Under the pieces are notes generated by a model. That model saw only the letters and a program-made list of their open reading frames with translations, was not told the DNA's origin and searched no databases. This document shows positions 36,247-46,640 of a stretch of 46,640 bases of DNA, piece by piece. The position numbers were made by a program, and so were the translations under genes. Source of the DNA: Hydrurus foetidus (taxonomy: Eukaryota); NCBI GenBank assembly GCA_900617105.1, contig UYFQ01000064.1, forward strand, positions 1 through 46,640. Reading direction: 5' to 3'. Numbering within the stretch: the stretch's first letter is position 1; the number at the start of each line of letters is the position of its first letter.

Positions 36247-37231
36247 ATGGAGAGGTTCACTAGTATCTTTGATGATGAAGGAATCGTCGTATTTGATAAA
36301 TGGGCTGCGTATAGAAGGAAACGAGATAGAAATGATGACGAGGAGGATGAAGAGGGTAAAGAAGAACAGAAACAAGTAGTTGTTAAAGAAAAAAGACCAT
36401 ATGCTGCAAGGAACTATCAAGGGTATGATCCATTCCAAGCTGTGAAGTCGGAATGGTACCGAAGATATGTATCTGGAGTCGGTTGGTTCAAAAATAAAAG
36501 TCAATACGCCCAGTTCAGGCGACGATTCAGGATGCCCGACGCCAAGTTTCAAGGTCTAGTGAAACTGGCGAGAGAGCAAAATGGTTTCCCACTTACGAAC
36601 GGCGGAATGCATGTCACCAACCTGGGATTCCATTGGATTTATTCATTCTGGGTGCTTTGCGCTATCTAGGAAGAGGGTGGACTTTTGACGATATCGCCGA
36701 GGCTACAGGGGTATCTGAGGAGTCACATCGCGTTTTCTTCAATTTGTTTGTCAAAGCTTGCAGGGAGTTTCCTATCCCATGTAGGTGAAACGCTCAGAAA
36801 CTGAAGAAGAAATCAGAGATCATATGTCAGAGTTTAAGGCGGCGGCATTCGATGGATGTATTGGGTCTGCAGATGTTACTCACATTATAATGGAGAAGTG
36901 CTATGCGCGCTTAAAGAATCAGAATCTTGGGGGAAAGGATTCTCATATAACTCGTGCATATCAACTTGTTGTCAATCACCGCCGGCAGATACTTGCAACA
37001 ACTGTTGGCTTCCCGGGACGATGGAACGATACTACTACAGTTCGATTTGATGACTTCATTACCGACATTCAGAGAAGTAATTATCTTGCTGACAATGTGT
37101 TCTCTCTGTATAATGAAAGGGGTATAGAGGAGAACTACAAAGGTGCCTGGATTCTTGTTGATGGAGGGTATCCATCGTGGACCTCACTGATATGCCCTTC
37201 CAAAGATTCATCTTCCGTCAAATGGCTCTAG
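36247..37231 (+). pseudogene. Harbinger (DDE_Tnp_4-type) transposase, frameshifted and C-terminally truncated
   Basis: FRRRFRM, LRYLGRGWTFDDIAE, GCIGSADVTH, FPGRWND, VDGGY; frame breaks near 36590 and 36770; no downstream catalytic Glu region. Confidence 0.88.
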
Positions 37232-37539
37232 GTTAATGTTTTTAAGTCCTTGTCTATCATGTATTGTATTTATTCATTCTTATTTTGTATCCGTTCGATT
37301 GTAGTGGAGTACAAAATAAACATACAAAATTTTAAACTTTATTTATCGTTAAATCTATTCACATAATTATATTAACAAGTTTCAACTTATATTCTCATAC
37401 TTTCGAAGCATATTTATTTTTCCTTTTTTGTATCCTGATTTTTGTACCTCTCGATCGTAGTGGAGTACACAATACAAAAACCAATTGTAACAATGCAAGT
37501 TATAAATCAATTAAACACTATGAGTAGTTCTCTTTTTCA

Positions 37540-37566
37540 CTAACCTCTTGCCTTCCTTGTTGCTGC

Positions 37567-37597
<31 letters not shown>

Positions 37598-38357
37598 ACT
37601 AAGCTGCTACTGCTGGATTTCTCTTGGTTGCTGTCCCTTTTGCTCCTGCTGCTCCTGATGCTCATTCTGCTGCTGCTGCTGCTTCCGCTGCTGCCAATGA
37701 CGGTGTTTGCTAGTGCGTTCACTGGGGCCTGAGCTGCAATCTTCTATTTAACTTTACGAAGCTCGCTGGGGGCAGAGCATTTGAGTCCAACAGGTAGAGA
37801 TGGTTTCTTACTGAAAAGGTGAGTAGATGCTGATGGCACAATGGTAGGCTGATGCATTGGAATGGAGGATTGATACACTGGTTCAGGTACAGGTTCTCCA
37901 TTAGATCCCAGAATGAACTCAAGTGTTTCTGCATATGAACTCAAGTGGTCGGCATATTGATGATTTCCTTGACGGAATTTTTGGTAACACCGCTAAAAAT
38001 CCCAAACCCAGAACCAAATTTATCTCCGTCCCATAAGACTTTATAGCGATTATTCCTATTCAACAGTTGGTTGACTTGACCAAGCTGGTCGCCGCCATCA
38101 CCATGGTATAATCTATCAAGTGACAATCAAATTGATGAGTTCTTGAGAGGTTAAAATGCTATAATCAGAGTTTAAACAACTCACATTTCCATGTCTTCTT
38201 TCTGCGTCTTCTTTCTCCGAGCAGATCCCTCAATAATTGAGACATAGGCATTTGCAGCAAGAAGATACTGCAACGCCTTCAACTGGGGAGCTTTGAGTTT
38301 CTCGAGAAGTTTCTTCACGGACTTGGATTTGGCTTGCATAACCTTGTTTTTGACCAT
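37540..38357 (-). pseudogene. Probable second (accessory) gene of the Harbinger element, disrupted
   Basis: Collinear minus-strand ORF pieces convergent with the transposase and inside the TIRs, ending in a Ser/Ala low-complexity (CTG)n tract at about 37556-37695. No domain recognised. Confidence 0.45.
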
Positions 38358-38575
38358 CTTGCAGAATTGAGGTGGTGGCAAAAAAATTTGGAGGTTGAAA
38401 TTTGTGTTTTGTAAAATGACATCCACTACAAACGTGAGGTTTAAAAAAGATACAAAACAGAGCTTTCGTATTTTGTCAACCACTACAACCGTAGAGGTAC
38501 AAAGTACAAAAATAAAAGTTCAAAAATTTTCAAATTTTGTATTTTGTAATTTGTACTCCACTAGGAAGGGCCTTA

Positions 38576-38838
38576 GTGCATTCCTTGTGGGAGTACAAAA
38601 ACAAAGTACAAAATTGGAGTTTTTGTTGACTTTGTCTCGCTCTATCGTACCTTGTGGGGAAAAAAACAAAAAATAAAAATCCATTTTCTGTTTGTTCAAC
38701 TTTGTCAGGTCCTTCCGAGATAAAAAAGACGTGAAAATTTGTCTGGCAAATCGGTGAGACAAAGTTGCGCCAAATATCACCAAAAAAAAAAAAACTCCAA
38801 TTTTGTACTTTGTTCTTTGTCTCCCACAAGGAATGGCC
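38576..38838. mobile_element. Tourist-like MITE (263 bp)
   Basis: Imperfect TIRs of about 49 bp (G[TG/GC]CATTCCTTGTGGGAG...ACAAAGTACAAAATTGGAGTTTTT); TTA on both sides (38573-38575, 38839-38841). Confidence 0.85.
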
Positions 38839-39672
38839 TTAGGACGGTATGTTACACCAAGGTAACAAATTACTAGCAACACAGAACAATTCCGGAGTTT
38901 CCATGGCCTTTACCACACAATAATTTCAGAGCGGTGTCTATGGATTAACTAAGAATTAAACTGTGATGAGTATGCGTGATGTCGGCCAGAGGAGTGGTAC
39001 AGCTGATCAAAAATCCCGAGCGAATCTATGTAATTGGCCTTAATGGCACAAATGATCGGAATACTATAACGATAGATTACGCGATTATTCAACGAACCAT
39101 AAAAGAACAAAAGGAAATACCAGTAAATCTAAAAAATTTAAGAAGCTTTTGGTGCTACGTGCAAAAACAATATTTGAGTAGAAATGGATAAGCTGTGGCG
39201 TAATACCGGTAATACTTCGTGAGTACACGTGTGTCGTCACTGATGCTTTTCCGATAAGAAGGAATCTTTCACGCAAGAAACAACAACGATAAGGAAGTAC
39301 CTCAACTGCATTTGTGGTTCGCAGTTCGGAGGGTTTTGCAGAGTCATGAAGGCGTGAAATAAATGCAAAGATGAAAGTGAGGATTAAAATTTGATCATGC
39401 AATTCGATAGTGTAGGCGCTCGCAAATTCCTACTTTAAATAATGATACTGCAAGTACAGCACGTCTTCGTAAAAAGAGCAGGGTAAGCGCACTGTCCATT
39501 GTACCACTTCACCAACAGAGATACGTTCTTTCAATATGGCAGTGCAGCAAGACACTCGGTGAATTATGAGGGGTGGTTATTATTAAGCTAAGACGTGGTA
39601 CCTTGATTAATTCATAGATTAATATTCGAATTGATGTGGCTCTACAGCGACGATAAATTACGATGCCAGTGG

Positions 39673-42087
39673 CTAGGCTTTGTATACTTTCATGTGAACG
39701 TTTGTCGGTTTAAGTGTGAGGAAGTAATCAATACCTGGCTCACTGATGAGTTCGAAGCGGAAGCTTCTCAAAACGGACGCTAAGATAAGCTTGATCTCAA
39801 GCATAGCGAGATTCTGACCCACACAATTTCTCTTCCCAAGCGAAAAGGGAAAGTAGAGTTCTTTCAGTTTCTCAGCTTCTGGGTTATCAGATGCCCATCG
39901 ATCAGGTTCGAAGAGTTCAGGGTCCTGTACAGAAAAGAGATGAAGCAGTGAAGAAAGAAGTCGTGATGGAGCAGTGAAGAAAGGAGGGGAGATGGAGCAG
40001 TGAAGAAAGGAGTCGTGATGGAGCAGTGAAGAAAGGAGTCGTGATGGAGCAGTGAAGAAAGAAGTGGTGATGGAGCAGTGAAGAAAGGAGTCGTGATGGA
40101 GCAGTGAAGAAAGGAGTCGTGATGGAGCAGTGAAGAAAGGAGTCGTGATGGAGCAGTGAAGAAAGGAGTCGTGATGGAGCAGTGAAGAAAGGAGTCGTGA
40201 TGGAGCAGTGAAGAAAGGAGTCGTGATGGAGCAGTGAAGAAAGGAGTCGTGATGGAGCAGTGAAGAAAGGAGTCGTGATGGAGCAGTGAAGAAAGGAGTC
40301 GTGATGGAGCAGTGAAGAAAGGAGTCGTGATGGAGCAGTGAAGAAAGGAGTCGTGATGGAGCAGTGAAGAAAGGAGTCGTGATGGAGCAGTGAAGAAAGG
40401 AGGGGAGATGGAGCAGTGAAGAAAGGAGTCGTGATGGAGCAGTGAAGAAAGGAGTCGTGATGGAGCAGTGAAGAAAGGAGTCGTGATGGAGCAGTGAAGA
40501 AAGGAGTCGTGATGGAGCAGTGAAGAAAGGAGTCGTGATGGAGCAGTGAAGAAAGGAGTCGGTGATGGAGAAGTGAAGAAAGGAGTCGTGATGGAGAAGT
40601 GAAGAAAGGAGTCGTGATGGAGAGTGAAGAAAGAGTCGTGATGGAGGTGAAGAAAGGAGCGGAATGAGGGAAGAAAGGAGGGAAGAAATGGAAGAAAGAA
40701 GAGTTGGATGGGCTAGGTAAACAAATCGGACTTTCGCGACGAAAGTTCAAGACATTACTTGAGCTACCTGAATGCCAACGCGAAACAGAACAAATGTACA
40801 AAGTTGGATGATGGATCCCTTTGGTATAGTGTAATCTCCGTACTCAATTTCTTTCGAGTTCTGCCGCATTATCCCCAGACCCGTGACGGGCCACAGCCGC
40901 AAGCCCTCCTTGATGACCTGATCCAGATAGACCATGCTATTGAGATGACGCTGCGAGATGTGCTCCTCGCCGTCACCGACCACACTGTCAATCTCCTTCT
41001 TCAGTTTTGTGAGCACTCCCGGATGTCTGGAGATCTCAAGAAATATCCACGCTAGTGTGTAGGAGGTGGTGTCATGTCCTGCAATCATCAGTGTCGTCAT
41101 GTCTGCACATCTCTCTTTGTCGGATACGTACGGGCTGCGCACTAGATGGCCAAGAATGGACTGATCCTTTTCGATTTCCTCAGGAGATTTCTCCGATCTG
41201 TATTTGTTGAGAAGATCGTGCTGCGACTTTTCTATGGTTGCTGCCGCAGCCTTACCACGTATGAGCTCTTTGTCCCAGAACATCAGAAAGCGGATTGGGT
41301 TATACACTTGTTTCTGTGCAAATTCAGTAAGGGCAATGTCAAACTCGCGTAGTATGAGACTTCCCGGCGATGTGGATGACTGCATTGTTTGGTGATCAAT
41401 ACCGAACATTGCTGCGTGCGAAAAGAGTAATCTCATCATAAAATTTTTATCAGTAGGATAGCAGTAAAGCAAAACCTTGCTCCAAAATGAAGAAAATTTA
41501 CCTGCACAAATGAAATCCATAGTTAGCTGAGTCATCAGTTCCGGCAAATCAATGGTTGTCTTCTCAGACTCGTGCCGTGTTAAGATTTTCTTCAATTCAT
41601 TAATTTTCTCATACATTTTAGGCAAAGATAGTACGATGTTTGTCATCGAAAAGCTTGGAGCTATTCCCTTTCTCGCGGATGGCCAAGAGTGGCTGTGGGT
41701 GGGTGCACTGAAGACTGTTGGCACATCATTAGTCACGCCAGAGAAGCGACTATACAATGCTGGCTTCTCATCCTCTTCAATCAGAATTTTTCGGGCTAGC
41801 GTTGGATCGCAGACTACTATCCACGGAGATCTTTCAGGTAGTGGGAGGCGAAAGACGAGACCCTTCTTCTTCATAGTTGATAGATAAAAATGGGGGGCAG
41901 TTTTTCCTTCCATCAAGATTTGCACCGTCTCAATCATTCCACTGTCGGAGAGCGGAGGTAACTTCTTCGAATACGCCCGTAGCAATAGCTTGGCAGCAAT
42001 GATGACGGTGACACCCGTAATGACGACAACTGCGAAGAAGTTCTCGAACGGATACGGGAAAGAATTTGCGAAAAGTTGTTTCAGCAT
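39673..42087 (-). CDS. Cytochrome P450 paralog C, 3 exons (42087-41502, 41411-40768, 39924-39673), apparently intact
   Basis: KKLPP hinge, AGHDTT, EGLR, PDRW, FSLGKRNCVG; introns 41412-41501 and 39925-40767 at the same positions as in paralog A. The start could alternatively be 42123. Confidence 0.92.
39943..40660. repeat. 26-bp minisatellite (about 27 copies) in intron 2 of P450 paralog C
   Basis: Tandem GAGCAGTGAAGAAAGGAGTCGTGATG, no spacers, degenerating at both ends. Confidence 0.97.
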
Positions 42088-42288
42088 CGTAAGAACCGAG
42101 TTGCTCAAGTCTAAATCCTGCATTGGACTCCTATACGCCAATTTTGATCTGTCTCGTGGGGCCACACTGTCAGCAACGTTTACGTGAATGCACGGTGTCA
42201 AGAAGTCAAGAGATGATCCCAAATCAACTCTGAACTCTGTACTCGAAGCAACCCGACCTTGAACTGAACTCGAACTGATCTAGTATGA

Positions 42289-42966
42289 GGCCATTCCTTA
42301 TGACGCGGGTATAATACGTTTTTTTCGTGAAAAAACTGTATCGGTTCATCCTTATGTCACATTCTTTGTATGTAAAAAATCTGTTGTATCCAGTTCAAAA
42401 CCAAAACCCATATACAGTAGAATCGGGTTTCTACTGTATGCAAATTCCCTATACAACAGCCCATACAGTTTATAACCCGACTTCACATTAAGTCATATAA
42501 CTCCGCATTGCAGCAGCCAAAAATCTTCCGTGATCTCAGCAATGAATTACTTGGGCGTCCATGACGTCAAGTCGAAACAATTCCTTCTGATAACGAAAGC
42601 TGGTCTCGCCGTTAGTCAATCAAAGGAGAAGGGTATGATCAATATCGAGCGGCAGATCCTCGCCGAGTACACAGAGGCCGCGAAGGCTATTTTCCTTCCT
42701 CCTGCCTTCTTGAGTTATGATAGAAATGGATTCATGAGGACAAAGAACTATTTTGTTGACATTGGAAAACTCGATCCGAGTGATTTACATACTGGCGCGA
42801 CATTATGGAGAAAATATAAGGATATATGCCTGATTCTTATGAACGACTTTGCGCCTCTTCTAATGAAGAGATTACCTGGAGGGTTGCCTCCATCGGGCAA
42901 AAGATTTGCAGAAGTCCTAATTGCGGTGCGGAAGGAAGTTTACGAAGCATACGAAGACATCGCCCA
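42289..42966 (+). mobile_element. Left end of a probable Harbinger-type element with an ORF (from about 42541) interrupted by the Gypsy insertion
   Basis: Starts GGCCATTCCTT, identical to the terminal 11 bp of the MITE right TIR, after TGA. The last 15 or so codons of ORF 42530..43015 derive from the Gypsy LTR. The partner TIR is not in the window. Confidence 0.55.
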
Positions 42967-43174
42967 TGTAGTCCTGATGGAGAAGAAGATGGGTAGGAGA
43001 GCGGGTTGTGCTTAGGTTACAGACTATGCTAGAAGCTAGGTAACTTCTACGAGTAGGCTGCAGCTAGCTAGCTAGTCGTGGTAGGGCTGTATGTGTACTG
43101 TAGGCGGAAGGATCGGGTGGATCGTGACAAGGTCCGGTACGGCCCGTAGGCCCGGTATACCCGGTACGACCACA
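42967..43174 (-). repeat. 3' LTR of the Gypsy element (208 bp)
   Basis: Minus strand TGTGGTC...GACTACA near-inverted termini, directly after the PPT (about 43175-43197). The second LTR is outside the window. Confidence 0.78.
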
Positions 43175-43495
43175 TTTCCCCCACTTATCTCTTTTTTGGA
43201 GAAATCTAATCTATGACGCGACCACCACGTTTAAAAATATAATAACTAATAATAACTAAGAAAGGAAAAGAAAATTCAACGAAAACTAAAATGAAAAATA
43301 TAATAAAGAATATTTACAAAATGTAAACTGTGGTGGGTCGGTCGACGAGAAAAGTGGTGCCAAGTACGTGAGTACGTGTGCCCGAGGCCTCGATACGTAA
43401 TTATGTCAGATTTTTACTGACTAAAACCATAAAACCTCCATCGAGGGAAAATTAGGAAAAATCTTCAAAAGATAATACGTTCGAGATCAGTCTTC

Positions 43496-46326
43496 TTAGA
43501 CTGATGCCTCAAGATTCTTGGGGATAAAATGTTTCATTTTATTGTCCCTCAAGTATTCATGGAGTGCTTCACAAAGCCGTAGGTTTTTCCACGGCTCCCA
43601 TGAATTATGAGTGTCATCATAATTAAGCCATTTGACTTTGAATGACATTGTCGTAGGCTTCTTTTTGTCACCTGAGTGACTAAGAACCTTTTCCACTACA
43701 AATTCCATGTAGTCACGACGAGCAGTGTCAGCAGGTACATCGACCTCTGAATCATAATTAAAAAATATGTACACTTCGTTCCTTGTGTGTAACAAGGTTT
43801 GCGAGGATATACTCGGATCCTTTGTAGGAGATAACACGGTACGGGCCATGCCACGTAGTGTGTAACCGAGTAGGCGGTCGATCCGTGTAACGACATAAAA
43901 CATATGTCCCTATAGGGAACACTGTCGCACACTTAGCTGATGCCGCGTGTTTAGCGTCTGCTGACACCAAAGCTTGAACAGCTGAATCAAGGACCTTGTC
44001 CTGAACGCTGATCAAGTCCTCAATGTATGTTGATCTAGAATGTGTATTCACACTTAAGTGTGGTGTTAAAATACCACGATTCAAGTCAAGCTTGTTTCCG
44101 AACAGTAAATGTGCGGGCGCAACTTTAGTGCGTCTATTAACTGAACTGTTAATGATGCGTTGCACGAATGGGATTGACTTAGCATATCCCTCTAGGGTCT
44201 GTTTATCAAAAACAAGACCTCTTAGGTGTCTATTTACCTCTTTGTTGACTCTCTCAACAATCGCATTTTCCTCTTTCGAGTATGCGAGGGTTAAATTATG
44301 TGGCGTACCACAAAGATCTAAAAAATCTTTTATTAAATCGTTTGCGAAATGGGATCCTCGATCCGATCGTATCATGTTTGGCGAGCCGAAACGGCCAAAA
44401 TGAGAGAGTAGGCAGTCGGCCGCTGATTTTGCGTCTGCATTTGCACACCAAAATAGTTCAGTCCAACGTGTGAACGTGTCGATAATGACAAGGATATAAC
44501 CTTTGTCTGGGAATGGACCGATATAGTCAACATTCAGCGTATCGAAGATAGCATAATTCGACGTTGCAAAGTGAGACGCATTGATCTTAGGATCTTTTGC
44601 GCTCAACTTTTGACAACACGGACAGTTCTGTATGAACGTACGTACATGTTGTTTCATGTTTTTCCAAACTTGTTGTAGACTGAACAACCGAGTAAGGGTA
44701 CGATCTACACCATTGTGACCAACAAACGCATTGTGGCACATTTGGATGTATTCTAACTGATCGTCTGACGCTGGGTCGATAGCTGTCAAAGCTGACACAG
44801 TGACCGACGACGACGAAGTTGGAAGTAATTCCAATTCCGTTGTTCGTAACGGTAATGCGATTTCTGTCAAGTTAGGACATAATCGCGACAATGCGTCGGC
44901 TAAGGCATTTGACGTGCCAGGTACGAAGACAACCGTAAAATGAAGTTCTTGCATAGCAATGAACCATCTTGCTACCATTGAGGTAGGGTTTTGTTTCATA
45001 TACGTGATATTCAAATGATCAGTATAGATTGTGAATGTACGATCTCTGATTAGGTAATCGAGTTGTGTACAACAGTAGAATATAGCATACGCTTCTTTCT
45101 GTATAGTTGACCACCTTATTTGTGTTGGTGTCAATGATTTGCTTATAAAAGCTATCGGTTGCCAAATGGTATCAACCACTTGGAAAAGGACACCGCCGAT
45201 TCCAAAATCAGACGCGTCTGTATATAATCGGATATCCAATTTATTGTCATCAATGAAGTACATTAATGGACAACGAGATATCGCGATCTGTGTATCGTGA
45301 AAGCTGTTGGTACTCGTTTGAGTCCATACAACGGCCGAACGTTTCGGTGCAGAATGATCTATCATATCTTGCATTGGTTTAACCAAAGTCGAATGCATAG
45401 GTACAAACTGTCGAAAATAGTTCGCCAATCCTAAGAATGATCTTAACAGAGTTAAGTTCTTAGGTATAGAAAAGTTTAACACTGTTTCTATTTTTCTTTT
45501 GACATGGATAAACCATCTTTGTCAACCACTCTGCCAACGTATTCAATACGAGGTAGACCAAAGCGGCATTTTTTGCCTTGAGTCGAAGACCCTTAAGTCT
45601 GAATCTTTCAAAGACTTTATTCAAGTTCTTAAGAAACTCTGCTTCACCCTTGCCATATACTATGCAATCGTCGAGATACATCTCACAACAATGATAGATA
45701 AGGCCATAGAGGACCGCCGTTACCATCTGCTCTTGAAAGTAAGAGGGGCACGACACGGACCAAAGGGCAGTCTCGTGAACTGAAAACCCCCGCAAAGCAT
45801 ATAAACGCTGTGAATATGCGGTGTGCGGGGTGTAACGGTGCTGATGGTAACCCGCGGTTAAATCCATCACACCAAAAATATCCGGTTTTTTATTACCGAT
45901 CCTCTCAAAAAGATGTTTGATATTCGGCAGGGGAAAAGAGGCGGGAGTCAGGCACTTATTAAGTGGCCGGTAATCGATGCAGGTTCGAAATTTACCGGGT
46001 GACTTAGTTACGATTACAGGATGACTGTAATAAGCAGCATCTGACCGCTCTATAACTCCCGACGCAAGCATCTCATCGAAATTCTCCTTAAGAGCAACCT
46101 ACTTAGTCGATGACTGGGGACATACCGGCGTACAGTTTTCGTCATTTTTCCACAACTCAAGTGGGATGTTAATCTCAAAGGGTTTGAGTGACGCTGGTTT
46201 CTCAGCTAACTGATCACTAAAAATGTCTGAATATTCAGAACAGAGCTCTCGGAGCTTCCTCAAAGCTTTCATCTCCCTCAAAGGTAATCTCGTTGAGGAA
46301 ATCCTCTGGCCCCTTGGGCAAGTCAT
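43496..46326 (-). pseudogene. Gypsy pol with several frameshifts
   Basis: RTCIDYRPLN, MDLTAGYHQ, YLDD (RT); YTDASDFGIGGVL, YTDH, ADALSR (RNase H); H..GH...CPCC, VDYIGP, SDRGSHF, VERVN (integrase); WHGPY; VEKVLSH...VKW...SWEP (chromodomain). Confidence 0.92.
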
Positions 46327-46640
46327 CTTGACTAGGCTTCTCAGCTAGAAGGGTGCGAACGTGTCTATCTTGCCATCGTCAATCTCGTCAACTGAGAGTG
46401 CGACACCACTGGGCCATAAAGGCTCAGTGACATAGTCGGGGGTATCAGAATCCCCAAGGTATGTGTAAGGGTGGGAATCTGGTCGCCACCTAGGTGCGGT
46501 GTATCACCCGTACGTTTTGCGAGAATAGGGGTGACACTATTCAGTCGCTCACAACTTACATCACCACAGGAATTTTGGGTAGCTACTCCCTCCATATCCT
46601 TTTGGGTATCGTTACATGTCGACAGTGAATGGACACAGAA

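Larger units (their letters stand above)
35976..38572 (+). mobile_element. PIF/Harbinger DNA transposon, decayed
   Basis: Imperfect TIRs of about 40 bp (GGTCGGTCCCAGTGGAGTACAAAATACAAAATACAAAATT vs GGCCCTTCCTAGTGGAGTACAAATTACAAAATACAAAATT); TTA TSD at 35973-35975 and 38573-38575; two convergent genes. Confidence 0.88.
42967..46640 (-). mobile_element. Ty3/Gypsy chromodomain-bearing LTR retrotransposon (3' part; continues beyond the window)
   Basis: RT-RNH-INT-chromodomain order, polypurine tract AAAAAAGAGATAAGTGGGGGAAA next to the LTR. Confidence 0.93.

Noticed and set aside
39943..40660. CRISPR array, or the 294-aa repetitive ORF 39917..40801
   Set aside because: Units are head-to-tail with no unique spacers, there are no cas genes, and the array lies within a GT-AG intron conserved in the paralogs; the ORF is a by-product of a stop-free repeat.

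Overview
Eukaryotic genomic DNA with short GT-AG introns; a protist such as a stramenopile is my inference, not something the sequence proves. Five host genes sit among dense, nested transposable elements. Host genes: an FtsJ/RlmM-like 2'-O-methyltransferase (minus), a GST/mPGES-2-like gene head-to-head with a cytochrome P450, and two further P450 paralogs (one a pseudogene, one with a 26-bp intronic minisatellite). Elements: a Copia 3' fragment with its LTR; a truncated OTU-bearing Helitron Rep gene; a Mutator-like fragment; two MITEs; two full-length Copia LTR retrotransposons with apparently identical LTR pairs and 5-bp TSDs; an intact DD35D pogo-like transposon nested in a non-autonomous PIF/Harbinger element; a decayed Harbinger; and a chromodomain Gypsy element running off the window end. 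Two observations stand out. (1) In both divergent Copia elements the sequence at the primer-binding-site position is perfectly complementary (11 and 14 nt) to a segment of their own LTR, in the geometry of Tf1-type self-primed reverse transcription, which I know only from Gypsy-type elements. (2) The pogo-like DNA transposon carries an intron-split standalone HIRAN-domain gene that the ORF track does not reveal. All coordinates and comparisons were read by eye.
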